DNA from: Myxococcota bacterium
Lineage (GTDB): Bacteria > Myxococcota_A > SURF-8
DNA: 64,000 bases
Direction of reading: 5' to 3'
NCBI GenBank assembly: GCA_965140415.1
Contig: OZ223209.1
Location: forward strand, 4,800,001 to 4,864,000
The first letter of the stretch is position 1. Every line of letters starts with the position of its first letter. Under the pieces are notes generated by a model. It worked only from the letters and a program-made list of their open reading frames with translations, was not told the DNA's origin and did not search any database. The position numbers and the translations under genes were made by a program. Shown in pieces: positions 51,899 to 61,972 of this stretch.

Positions 51899-54379
51899 CT
51901 AATTGCTGCGGAAGTGGGGATGAACACCGTCCATCTCCCCGCGGGTTACAAGGTCTTGATCCAAAATACAACGAATTTTCAACGCCAACTCTGGCGGTTC
52001 ATATGGCTTTTCTATCAGGTGATCCGTTTGTTGCAGCACACCGTTATTGCGAATGGTTGCCGCCGAATAACCGGAAGTGTACAGCACCTTGAGCGTCGGA
52101 CAATACTGCTTTACCTGACGAGCCAGATCGGGTCCGTTCAATTCTGCGTTGATCACGTTGGTAATCAGCAAATCGATCTTGCCTGCATTGATCTGCGTCA
52201 GTTTCAAAGCTTCCTTGGCGGAATGCGAACTGAGTACATTGTAACCGAGATTGGTCAAGATCTCCCGAGTGACGTTACTGACAATGCGCTCGTCTTCCAG
52301 CATCAGAATGGTTTCATTGCCGCCCGTCACCGCTTGTTCCTCTTTTTCCTTCGCAATAGGCGTAAGCAATTCGCTGATACATGGGAAGGCGATGTCGAAA
52401 GTGGTCCCGGCATTGACTTCGCTGTGAACTTCGATCGAACCATGATGCTGCTTCACGATGCCGTAAACCGTTGCCAGGCCAAGCCCGGTGCCTTCGTCTT
52501 CGTTTTTGGTAGTGAAGAAAGGCTCGAATATCTGCCGCTTGATTTCACTGTCCATACCGCAGCCGGTATCGCTGACCCGCAGTCGCACATACTCACCTGC
52601 CGTCACGTATGGATGCGTGGCGCAGTACGTTTCATCGAACTCCACACTCTGAGTTCCAATATACAAGCGACCGCCGTTGGGCATGGCGTCCCGCGCGTTG
52701 ACGGCCAGATTCAATACGATCTGCTCCAGTTGCACCGGGTCCATCTTGATGGGGTTGACCTCTCCCGGCTCCAACACCAGCTCGATACGCTTGTCGATCA
52801 GGCGATCCAGAATTTTGTGTGTCGCGTCCAGAATATCGTTGACGTTGATAACCTGGGGATTGATGTTCTGCCGACGACTGAAGGTCAACAGTCGTTTCGT
52901 GAGCGCTTTGGTCTGATTCGTAGCGGCCTTGATCTGCTCCATGTTCTGATACAGTGGATCTTCCTTGTCCATTTGCATCATGGCTATCTGTACGTGGCCG
53001 GTAATGGCGGTAACCAGGTTATTGAAATCATGCGCCAGTCCGCCCGCCAACGCGCCCAGCACTTCCGTTTTCTGCGATTGCAGGAACTGGGACTCCAGGT
53101 CTTCTTCGCGAGTAATGTCACGCGCAACCGTAATCACGCCCATCGGCTTTCCGGCATTATCGACCATGGTGTTCGATTTCATATTCACCACGATGCGTGG
53201 TTTCTTTTTCGTTGCGAACTCCACGGTCGCCTGTCCATTACCGGAGAGCAGAGACGCCAACTGCATGTCGCTGGTGCTGTGGTGCTGGGTATATTTGCCG
53301 TAGGCTTCTTCCGGCGTTTTGCCTTGCACGTCTTTAGGTGAAAGCCCCATGATATTTGAAACGGAAGGACTGACGTACACGATCTTGCCGCTCAAGTCCG
53401 TCACCGTGACCCAGTCCGAAATCTGGCGCAGAATCTGGCTCTGAAATCCTTTTACTTCCTCTGCATGCTTGCGCACGGTAATGTCGATGAAGTTGCAGAT
53501 AATCGCCGGTCTATCCTGGTGGGTGATCTGCGTGGCAAGCGCCTCGGCCCACACGGTGTTTCCTTCCTTGGTCAACAACTGCATTTCCGAACGGAAGGAC
53601 GTGTCCTCGAATTCAAGCATGAAATCGAGCTGTGTCAGGATATTCTGGCGCTCACCGGTCGGCAGGAAATACTCGAAAGGCATGCCGATCAGTTCATCAG
53701 TTTTTTTACGCCCATATTCCAACATTTCCGCCATTTGCGGATTGACGTAGGCGAACTTGCCATCGCACAACACGACGACCCCGGTCGGAGATTCTTCGCT
53801 AAGCGCCTGGCTTTTACTTTCCGATTCCTTTAAGGAACTGCTGATTTCTCCGTTTTTCAGTGCAGCCAGCCCATAGTTGGCCAACAACATGCTCAACTGT
53901 TGATCCGCTTTGGTAAACGGTGGCTCAACCTTGTTATGCAGAGAAACCAGCCCTTTGACCTTGCCCAGTTCGTCCTTGAGCTTGATCACCATCAGCGAAT
54001 TATCCTGGTAGCCGCTCCAGCCAGAGTGGTTGCCTTCCTTTTTCTGTGGAAGATTCTGTATGAACACCGGCTGGTCCTGTTTGAAAACCTGGTCCAGCAC
54101 CGACCCATCCACCAGAGGAAATTCGATATATTGCGGCTGGTGCGGCTCTTCGATCGTTTTAAGCAGACGCAGCCGGTCGTTTTCCATGACGTAAATGCTG
54201 CCGCCCTGCACGTTCAGATTTTTAGAGAAACTCATCAGGAGTTTGGGACCAACCACCGTGATGTCGTTATGCTGAATCAGTTCCTGTGCATCTTCGATGA
54301 TGCTCTGCAATCGTTCCAGCGCCTCTGTCGAAAGCGGCTCGTTCTTGGTTTCCATCAAAGGCCGCCAGCTCACCTTCAA
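51899..54379 (-). CDS. Hybrid sensor histidine kinase (GAF-PAS-PAS-HisKA-HATPase-REC)
   Basis: GGLAHDFNN H-box, NLAVNARDAM, DTGCGM, FEPFFTTK, GTGLGL; receiver has LITN in place of LITD. Probably the 3' part of a frameshifted gene. Confidence 0.88.
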   Translation of the reverse strand: MKVSWRPLMETKNEPLSTEALERLQSIIEDAQELIQHNDITVVGPKLLMSFSKNLNVQGGSIYVMENDRLRLLKTIEEPHQPQYIEFPLVDGSVLDQVFKQDQPVFIQNLPQKKEGNHSGWSGYQDNSLMVIKLKDELGKVKGLVSLHNKVEPPFTKADQQLSMLLANYGLAALKNGEISSSLKESESKSQALSEESPTGVVVLCDGKFAYVNPQMAEMLEYGRKKTDELIGMPFEYFLPTGERQNILTQLDFMLEFEDTSFRSEMQLLTKEGNTVWAEALATQITHQDRPAIICNFIDITVRKHAEEVKGFQSQILRQISDWVTVTDLSGKIVYVSPSVSNIMGLSPKDVQGKTPEEAYGKYTQHHSTSDMQLASLLSGNGQATVEFATKKKPRIVVNMKSNTMVDNAGKPMGVITVARDITREEDLESQFLQSQKTEVLGALAGGLAHDFNNLVTAITGHVQIAMMQMDKEDPLYQNMEQIKAATNQTKALTKRLLTFSRRQNINPQVINVNDILDATHKILDRLIDKRIELVLEPGEVNPIKMDPVQLEQIVLNLAVNARDAMPNGGRLYIGTQSVEFDETYCATHPYVTAGEYVRLRVSDTGCGMDSEIKRQIFEPFFTTKNEDEGTGLGLATVYGIVKQHHGSIEVHSEVNAGTTFDIAFPCISELLTPIAKEKEEQAVTGGNETILMLEDERIVSNVTREILTNLGYNVLSSHSAKEALKLTQINAGKIDLLITNVINAELNGPDLARQVKQYCPTLKVLYTSGYSAATIRNNGVLQQTDHLIEKPYEPPELALKIRCILDQDLVTRGEMDGVHPHFRSN

Positions 54380-55113
54380 TGCGGAATGGCCCTTGAAATA
54401 AAGCGATTAGCAGTGAGCATCACCTCGCAGCTAAGCCCGTCTTTCAGCCGCAGCGTCGCCCGCCTGGATTTGGAGCCGGTCGACTTGCTTTCCAGTCCCT
54501 CCAAGAAGGCTTCGACTTCCGGCTGGTCCGAACCGATCAACTGCGAAACCGAAAGCCCCACCAGTTCTTCGCGATTGGGAGATTTCACTAGGCCGCTGAA
54601 CGCTTGATTGACGTGCACGCACTTCCCGTTTTGCAGGATGGTAATCGCTTCTTTCGATTCACTCAACAGCGTGATCACGCGATCTTCCGAGGTGTGCAAC
54701 TCCTGCTCAAGAAGTCGCATGACTTTTGCTTGGCTCTTATAGCGCATTACACGCTCAGCGACGACTGCGAGCAACTCACCGTACTCGGGAGTTTTTACGA
54801 CGATATCCGATACGCCGCGCTTGATGGCCGAGGCTGCTTCACGCTCTTCGCCGGGGCTGGTCAACAACACCAACGGCGCTTGGACATTTCGCTGCTGCAA
54901 GGCATCGATGATTTCCAGGCTGCGAAAGCCGGGCAAACGGCTGTCAGCCAGAACGAGGTCGAATTCATCGAATTCAATGGCATCCAGAAAAGTATCGCGT
55001 GAATGTACTGTGGTCGCCTCGATGTCCGGAAAATGTCGCCCCAGATTTTCCGCGGTGAGCTGCGATTCCAGCGGATTGTTCTCACCAATCAGAACACGAA
55101 CCGGATTTTTCAT
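54376..55113 (-). CDS. Receiver + PAS protein (probably the N-terminal part of the downstream kinase)
   Basis: DLVLADSRLPG, LLTS, VVK receiver; PAS (VNQAFSGL) breaks off before its last strand. Confidence 0.7.
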   Translation of the reverse strand: MKNPVRVLIGENNPLESQLTAENLGRHFPDIEATTVHSRDTFLDAIEFDEFDLVLADSRLPGFRSLEIIDALQQRNVQAPLVLLTSPGEEREAASAIKRGVSDIVVKTPEYGELLAVVAERVMRYKSQAKVMRLLEQELHTSEDRVITLLSESKEAITILQNGKCVHVNQAFSGLVKSPNREELVGLSVSQLIGSDQPEVEAFLEGLESKSTGSKSRRATLRLKDGLSCEVMLTANRFISRAIPH

Positions 55114-55482
55114 GGTACTGGCCCCTTAGGGTACTCGCCTGTCACTGCAAATTAGTAGTAAAGTTTAGCAAAGTTGAGCTGCAATGTCACTTCATTAGGA
55201 CACTCACTATAATATAAATAGTATCATATACTCGATAATTTTACAAGCAGTTAAAGTAAAAATCTTTCCAAAAACCACATCGAAACGGACGAACCGGTCC
55301 GTATCATCCGCGCGGTCGAATTTTCTTAGTCACTAGGAATTGCAAGAATTCAAAGGGTTTAGAACGAATCCCCGCAAATCAACCGGACTCCAAATTTCTA
55401 TAAACTTGAAGAAAAGGCAGCTTGAAGGCGGTAAGCAGGATAATCAGGTAGGAATGGTTACGAATAAAACCCGTCGGGCAAA

Positions 55483-58400
55483 CTATTCTTCCTCTTCCTT
55501 CGTCCCTGGTGGTGTGTAACTGTGACCGTATTGTTTGCTCTGCTGACCTTTTTTGGCAAAGTTAAGCAATTCTTCTTTTAGATTGCGGCGTACCGGGGTT
55601 GACTGCTGCGACCCTGCCGCTTGTGGAGCAGAAGAACCAGCAGACTGGGTAGAGGCCATCTTTCTGGCTCGCATCTCATCCAATTTGGCTCGTAGCGCGG
55701 ACTTACGCTGAGCACCTCCCGGCGATTGCGCCGCACCAGCTGCCTGCGGTTGCCGTCGGCTCTCGCTTGCGGATGAAGACGGAACAGCATCGGCTGGCTC
55801 AACCGGCTGTGGCCTCTCCTCGCCGTCACTCTCCACGAGTTTAGGAGTTGGAGCGGTCTTCTCACCACTCGGCGCCTTTTCTTTTTTCTTGTGCGGACGA
55901 TGCAATTCCAGGTTGATAATCTGAGGCAGCGTGTCTTCGATGACGATTTCCTCGCTTGCAGTAAACTCGTCCATCGTAGCAGCGATGCGATAGGTACCTT
56001 TCGGTAGATAATGACTGACAGGATCTCCCAGCGGCACCGTCTCCGTCAATGCCGGTTCGTTATTGATGCTAACGGTAACCATGCGCTTGGGAGCGGCACT
56101 TTCTTCCGATCCATCGCCCATCTTGCCCACGATCTGATCGGCCATCGCCAAAAGTCTTGTGGCGCGTATCTCAACATAGGTTTCGTTGACCACGAAATCG
56201 ACGACGATGCGGTTTTCCTCTTTCTTTTTCACCACGATTTCCCGCTGCACTTCATGGGTTCCAATAGGCAATCGTGTGCTGATGTTGATCATGATTCCGG
56301 TGATATACAAATTGTATTTTCCCGGAGGAACTCGTTCGAGGCGCGCAATATTATTGTGGGCAATCGCAACAAAGGGGTTCAGGGTTTTAAAGAACTGCGT
56401 AATGGCCTCTTCGGCGTCCTCTTCATCGGAGTCGCGCCATTTACGATTCAACAGTTTCTCCACGGCAAAAGCCTGAGTCAGGTTACGCCTGGAAACGCGC
56501 ACGGCAAAATACCCTTCCTCGAAGGTACGATCGTACTTGATCTTGACCGTAACAGAACCTGCTCCGATATGCTTCATCAGGAAATAAAGCCCGATAATAA
56601 AACCGATAGTAAACAGGATAATCACCGGCAATAGCAGGTTGAACGCAACCAGGTGTACCTTGCGCGAAGTCAGCGACAAGCTGTGATGCATCAACCGGTT
56701 CGGAGCGGTATAGTAAATGGTCAGATCCAATTCGTATTTAATGCCCACTGTTTCCGATTGTTTAACGGCCATCCCGACAATGCCATCGTACTTGTCGGAT
56801 TTGGCCATGGCTTGCAGACACTCCCGATCCAACGGGTTGCCGCAATTCGCTTGCAGCATAGACATGGCGTCGATATCGTCGACAACCCATACCTGATCGC
56901 CAAACAGAGAACGCAAATCCTGAAAAACCGGCTTGGGATCGATGTGAAAAGGCGAGAATATCCAGGAAAGCCAACCCTGATTTTCACGATCGTAGTACGT
57001 TTGGTAATCGAACAGCAGTACTTTTTGTGTTTTGGTTGGTAGTTCCGAAATAAGGGTGCTCACTTCAGGAAAGTTCAGCGAGGAATAAATCAGAATGTTT
57101 TTTTTTCGTTGCTCTTCCTGAAGTCGCTTTCGACGTTCTTCTTCTTCTTGTTCATCAACCGGAAGACTAGCTTCGACCTCTTTGGCCAATGCAACATCGG
57201 TTTTCCAAAGCAGAGCCAGCATTTTTTGCCAGTCTCTTTTCCTTTCCTGGGAAAGATACATCTTTATCAAGGCTACCATGGCTTTTCCATTATCCGGAGC
57301 GATAGCCAACACTTTTTCCAAGCTGTCTTCGGCTTTTTGTGATTTCCGGCAAGCCATTTGCAGATCGGAAAGCTGAAACAAAAGCGAAATCTCTTTCGGT
57401 GCGATCTCGATGGCTCTATTGAAACGCTGCAACGCACCAGGACAATCCTCTAGTACCTTTAACAACCAGGCGCTTTGGGCGAGTGCACGCAGGTTTTCCG
57501 GCTCCTGCAGTAGGACGGACTGGTATAATTCAATAGCACGTTGCGGATTGATCTGTTCTTTGACCAGCAGATCCGCCATGGCCAACATAATCTCCACGTT
57601 ATGCGGATCGGCAATTAGCGCATGGTCGTAATAATCCAGTGTTTTAGCCGGATCTTTTCCCTGTTCAGCCAATCTGGCCAGAATGTAGTTTCTCGAAGCG
57701 GGCTGGGCGTTGGATAGAGTCGGCAGCAGTTGCTTAAGTTCCTTTTGCTGCTGTTCGGATAAGGAAGGAATATCGATGTGATTGAGCAACGCACTTCCCG
57801 CGCCATATCGCACCGCCTGCAAATACAGTTCGCTGGCTTTTAAACGGTTGTGCCGTTGTTCATACAACCGGGCAGCTTGATTGAACAACATAGCGGCATC
57901 AACGATTTTTCTCTGCTCTACTTGAGCCATAGCAAAGGTTTCAATAAACTCAGCGTTTTGGGATTTTAATTTGGCAGCTTTAGCCCAGCTTCGATCGCGC
58001 AAGCTTTCCGCGCTGGTAGCGGCATACAGATCACCCCATAGTTCGTGAATGTCCGGATTTCTGGGATCGTCTTTCTCCAGGCGCGTCAGAGTTTTGCGCA
58101 TCGCATCCCATTGTTTGCGCTCATAGAGCAAACGTGCATAACGGATTTTCGCAGTACGGTTCAACGAACCGAGATATTTGACCTTTTTGTAAAGCTTAAA
58201 AGCCTGTGCGGTATCTTCTGTCAAGTCGGCGCAAATGGCCTTTAGCGCCATGCTCAGCTTGTTCAGCGGCTTTTTCTTGATCTCTTCCAGGCGTTTGATC
58301 AGAAACGTCTTATATAGTGCAGGCAATGTCAGCCCTTGTTGCTTCAAGGCCAACAACCGACTTAGTACCGTGGGTAGACTGTCGGCTTGAATCTGCTTCC

Positions 58401-59019
58401 AACTCTGCCCCAGTTCCGAAGCGCGATCCAGTCCCAGCCGTTGCGACAGCGGATACTTAATATCCACTTGGCTTTGACCGAACATGCTTCCCAAAATCTT
58501 CGTACCTTCTCGATCGAAACGCGCCAGTTCCCCGGCCTTCCCTCGAATCTTCTCGACACGCTCATTGTCACCGGAAAGCGCATTGTAACTGCGCAGAGTC
58601 AGCACAAACTCCGGTCCGTCCGATTCCAATTCTCCTAACACAACATGCACGGCTTCCGTACTCAACGCCAAAAATGGTATATCCTGGCGATGAATGCGGG
58701 TTCGGCCCGTGCTAGGTTGCCCCTTACTCTTTACCTGCATGATTTTACTAGGTGAAACGGGATCCAAAAATGGATGCTCCGCCAGTCGGTCCAGTAGTAT
58801 CAGATTCAGGCCACAGGCCATCTCTTCAAGTTCGTCGCTCGCCTGGATGTACAGTAAGACAGTTGCTTGTGAAGTTGCTGGTGAGGCTGCTTTGGTGGTT
58901 GTCGGAGATTTTTTGGATGCCGTCGTATCCGCTTGTGCGAGAACAATCCCACTATACAACACGCATATCCATACGAATACCAAGAACCTCAATAAGGATT
59001 TTCCCCACAGTCTCATCAT
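55483..59019 (-). CDS. Large membrane-anchored TPR-repeat protein
   Basis: Signal peptide, many TPR-like helices (YDHALIADPHN, YQSVLLQEPEN, FNRAIEIAPKE), one TM near residue 800, beta-sandwich-like domains, low-complexity tail. Confidence 0.75.
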   Translation of the reverse strand: MMRLWGKSLLRFLVFVWICVLYSGIVLAQADTTASKKSPTTTKAASPATSQATVLLYIQASDELEEMACGLNLILLDRLAEHPFLDPVSPSKIMQVKSKGQPSTGRTRIHRQDIPFLALSTEAVHVVLGELESDGPEFVLTLRSYNALSGDNERVEKIRGKAGELARFDREGTKILGSMFGQSQVDIKYPLSQRLGLDRASELGQSWKQIQADSLPTVLSRLLALKQQGLTLPALYKTFLIKRLEEIKKKPLNKLSMALKAICADLTEDTAQAFKLYKKVKYLGSLNRTAKIRYARLLYERKQWDAMRKTLTRLEKDDPRNPDIHELWGDLYAATSAESLRDRSWAKAAKLKSQNAEFIETFAMAQVEQRKIVDAAMLFNQAARLYEQRHNRLKASELYLQAVRYGAGSALLNHIDIPSLSEQQQKELKQLLPTLSNAQPASRNYILARLAEQGKDPAKTLDYYDHALIADPHNVEIMLAMADLLVKEQINPQRAIELYQSVLLQEPENLRALAQSAWLLKVLEDCPGALQRFNRAIEIAPKEISLLFQLSDLQMACRKSQKAEDSLEKVLAIAPDNGKAMVALIKMYLSQERKRDWQKMLALLWKTDVALAKEVEASLPVDEQEEEERRKRLQEEQRKKNILIYSSLNFPEVSTLISELPTKTQKVLLFDYQTYYDRENQGWLSWIFSPFHIDPKPVFQDLRSLFGDQVWVVDDIDAMSMLQANCGNPLDRECLQAMAKSDKYDGIVGMAVKQSETVGIKYELDLTIYYTAPNRLMHHSLSLTSRKVHLVAFNLLLPVIILFTIGFIIGLYFLMKHIGAGSVTVKIKYDRTFEEGYFAVRVSRRNLTQAFAVEKLLNRKWRDSDEEDAEEAITQFFKTLNPFVAIAHNNIARLERVPPGKYNLYITGIMINISTRLPIGTHEVQREIVVKKKEENRIVVDFVVNETYVEIRATRLLAMADQIVGKMGDGSEESAAPKRMVTVSINNEPALTETVPLGDPVSHYLPKGTYRIAATMDEFTASEEIVIEDTLPQIINLELHRPHKKKEKAPSGEKTAPTPKLVESDGEERPQPVEPADAVPSSSASESRRQPQAAGAAQSPGGAQRKSALRAKLDEMRARKMASTQSAGSSAPQAAGSQQSTPVRRNLKEELLNFAKKGQQSKQYGHSYTPPGTKEEEE

Positions 59020-59270
59020 GTTCCCCTGAATTATACCGCCCTGACACTCTCGGATGTATGCCACACAAAAACACCCACGATGCATCGCCCCGGCAAGCGG
59101 CAGTAAAACCCCGTATCCTTTTCGTCTAGCGGTTCGTATTTTCGAACCGTAGCTTCTATTATTTCGATAATTCATATTTTGTCAAGATGAATCGTATTCA
59201 TTCCGACAATATGCATTTACTAGCGCATACGGATTTGATAACCGATAAGCATCGAATATTCCTTCTACCC

Positions 59271-60977
59271 TTATAAGCAGAAACCAAGCACTCCGTACAC
59301 GGTGGCTGAACAATTGTATCCGGGACAACATCGAGGCAGACTCGGATCAAGTCCACAAACTTGAGGATTGACGCAGGCATCGCAACCGCCGCAATTCGGC
59401 GCGGTTTCCGGGTAACAACAGGAATTTTCAGGGCATTGATCCGGGCAGCCATCAGCGACGCAACGCCCTTTAGGTGCGTCATCTGTTGTCACACAATGAA
59501 AACCTTCGCAGCATTCGCCGGGACCGTCGATACACCAGGCTGGATTGTTGCAGCGACAATCCATGCAGGTATAGCCGTAACTTTCGTAGCAGCAGCGATC
59601 CGTACAACCGGCACAGTCGTGCATACAGACTTCCTGCATTCCGTTTATGCCAATTCCGTGATAGGGAGGGCTGCATAAATCGCTGCCCAGAGCGTACAAC
59701 CCTTCACAACGACCGATACTTTTCCGATATGGCGTCGTCGATAATTGACAGGAAGTATCCGGCGGACAGACGCGCCACTGGCGATACGTGCAAGCTCGAA
59801 ACCAGGGACAGGGATTTTCATCGCTGCAATGGGGAGTACAGCAACCAACATAGTTGTTCTCATCGATTTCATAATTCTCACAATAGTGATCCGGGTCGCA
59901 GTCTTTTTCACCCACGCAACCCGCAACACATTGTGTGCTGTCGAAAAGACAACGTCCATAGTCCAACTTGACCGGATCGTTGAAACAGGAAGTCGGATAA
60001 TCACAGGCTTGTGGATCTTCGAAACACAGCGGCTTGCACTGATTATAGCTGCTATTATGCAAGGCCTGCTGACATAACCCACTGGAACCACAATCGAAAT
60101 CGTTCTTGCAATAATCTTCCATGGGCAAACAGACACCCCGGATGTCCATAGGCTCACTGCCGACGTGAAGAATCGAGCATTGATAGCCAAGCGAGCAACT
60201 CGGATATCCAAGAGAATTCAAACCACAAACATGATAGCAACCTCTTTCCCCCTTTTGCGGGTTCAGGTAGCATTGTTGTCCCTGCATGCAATCCGTACTC
60301 GTTTCGCATGGATAGGCTTCCGGCTCGCAACGATTGGCATGACAGCCCCAGCCTTGCGGGCAGCGCACACCGGGTGAAGAACAAGGCGGACGACAGACGT
60401 CCGCCGTTTCCGAAGCATCCGTCGGTTGGCAGGTAAACCCGATATCGCCGCAATCTCGGCTAGTTACACAGGGCACCGTTTGATCCGCAACACATTGGGC
60501 GTTTTCGCAATGACTGTGAGCCGGGCAACCCAATTCATCGTACCAAACCATTTTTCCCGCGCCGGAAGGTCGGCAGAGTTGCACGACAATCGAATCGTAG
60601 GGCGAGCAGCGCCGCTCGTTGAAACGACCTTCGCAGAGCCAATCGTCTTGCGCTACATCATCCCGTTCGTCGCTTTCGTTTCGATCTATATTATCGATTT
60701 CCGCATCAAAATCGAGATCAAAATCGGGATCGACATCCGGATCGGGATCAGCATCGAAATCCTGATCGCCCTGTGGAGGAGCGATAACGTCGAACTCCAG
60801 ATCCGCTGGAAAAATGATGGCATCCTCATCGTTATCCGGAACGGAAACAGGAACTTCTGTCGTATCCAAGTCGCCACCATCGAAAAACTGGATGGCGAGA
60901 TTCTCCGAACAGGAAAATGAAAGCAACGCAACAGACAACAGGATATGCATTGTCGGTTTTCGAAATACAACAGACAT
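59271..60977 (-). CDS. Cys-rich repeat lipoprotein with Asp-rich tether
   Basis: GGAGG RBS, lipobox SFSC, DxDxD linker, repeated C....DC....C modules to the C-terminus. Confidence 0.7.
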   Translation of the reverse strand: MSVVFRKPTMHILLSVALLSFSCSENLAIQFFDGGDLDTTEVPVSVPDNDEDAIIFPADLEFDVIAPPQGDQDFDADPDPDVDPDFDLDFDAEIDNIDRNESDERDDVAQDDWLCEGRFNERRCSPYDSIVVQLCRPSGAGKMVWYDELGCPAHSHCENAQCVADQTVPCVTSRDCGDIGFTCQPTDASETADVCRPPCSSPGVRCPQGWGCHANRCEPEAYPCETSTDCMQGQQCYLNPQKGERGCYHVCGLNSLGYPSCSLGYQCSILHVGSEPMDIRGVCLPMEDYCKNDFDCGSSGLCQQALHNSSYNQCKPLCFEDPQACDYPTSCFNDPVKLDYGRCLFDSTQCVAGCVGEKDCDPDHYCENYEIDENNYVGCCTPHCSDENPCPWFRACTYRQWRVCPPDTSCQLSTTPYRKSIGRCEGLYALGSDLCSPPYHGIGINGMQEVCMHDCAGCTDRCCYESYGYTCMDCRCNNPAWCIDGPGECCEGFHCVTTDDAPKGRCVADGCPDQCPENSCCYPETAPNCGGCDACVNPQVCGLDPSLPRCCPGYNCSATVYGVLGFCL

Positions 60978-61113
60978 GACAGTCCTCCGAACTTCGATTT
61001 GGAGGTTAGCTTTTTGTGGCGAATCTGTTAGTATCAATAGCATGTTTGCAGGTTTGCGGCAAGCACCGAATGTGCAGCGACTGGAGTAATTTAGTTGATA
61101 AACAGGTGGCCAG

Positions 61114-61749
61114 ATGGCATGGATCGACATTACGCAGAAACTTGAAAGCGACATGGTTTTATGGCCGGGTAGCGAACCGTTGCAGATTCACGCGCTGGAG
61201 CGCATCGAAGACGGCGGCGGCTGCAACACCTCGGCAATGACGCTCGATCTGCATTCCGGTACGCATATCGATGCTCCGTGGCATATGCTGGAAACGGGTG
61301 AACGTCTACAGAAAGTCGCGTTGGAAAAACTCATCGGTCCGGCGCTTGTTGTCGATATCACCGGGCGCGAAGGCATTGGCAGGCAGGATTTGGAAAAGCT
61401 CGAATTGGGAAACGACGTAAAGCGCCTGCTCCTGCGCAGCGACACTTCCGAGCGACCCATTGCAAATCCCCCTGTATTCAGAACCGACTTCCCCGCCCTG
61501 ACGAAAGACGCGGCAGATTTTCTTGTAGAGCGAGGCATCGAATTGGTGGGGATCGATTCCCCTTCCATCGAAGCGTTTCGCAGTCCCGGTCATCCGGTGC
61601 ATAAGACCTTACTCGGTGCAGGCGTAGCGGTGATCGAAGGGCTACAGTTGGCGAACGTCGCCACCGGATCATACGACTTGATCTGTCTGCCATTATCGCT
61701 TCAACACGTAGACGCATCGCCGGTGCGGGCGCTATTGCAAAAACGCTGA
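61114..61749 (+). CDS. Cyclase family metal hydrolase (kynurenine formamidase-like)
   Basis: HSGTHIDAPWH, VGIDSPS, H..LL..G...IEGL, DASPVRA. Confidence 0.9.
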   Translation: MAWIDITQKLESDMVLWPGSEPLQIHALERIEDGGGCNTSAMTLDLHSGTHIDAPWHMLETGERLQKVALEKLIGPALVVDITGREGIGRQDLEKLELGNDVKRLLLRSDTSERPIANPPVFRTDFPALTKDAADFLVERGIELVGIDSPSIEAFRSPGHPVHKTLLGAGVAVIEGLQLANVATGSYDLICLPLSLQHVDASPVRALLQKR

Positions 61750-61972
61750 AACTGCAAATCAGACCAAATGAAGATCCACCGTTTTCATTTCTCACCCTGC
61801 CAAACCGCCATCACCGAAATTGCATTGAGCTTTTCCGGCTTTCATGCTACAAACATCGACCAAGTTTAGCTGATCAGGCTGAAAGAGAACTCATTCCCAT
61901 CATCCGTTTCGTTCCCGCTGTTTTCAGCCGTTCGTTCTTCAACCTTTTCGCGATTCGTCCAAGGAGAGTGAC

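Noticed and set aside
60978-61154. N-terminal extension of the Cys-rich ORF overlapping the cyclase gene
   Set aside because: A better start with a GGAGG RBS and signal peptide lies at 60977; the overlap is an ORF-calling artefact.
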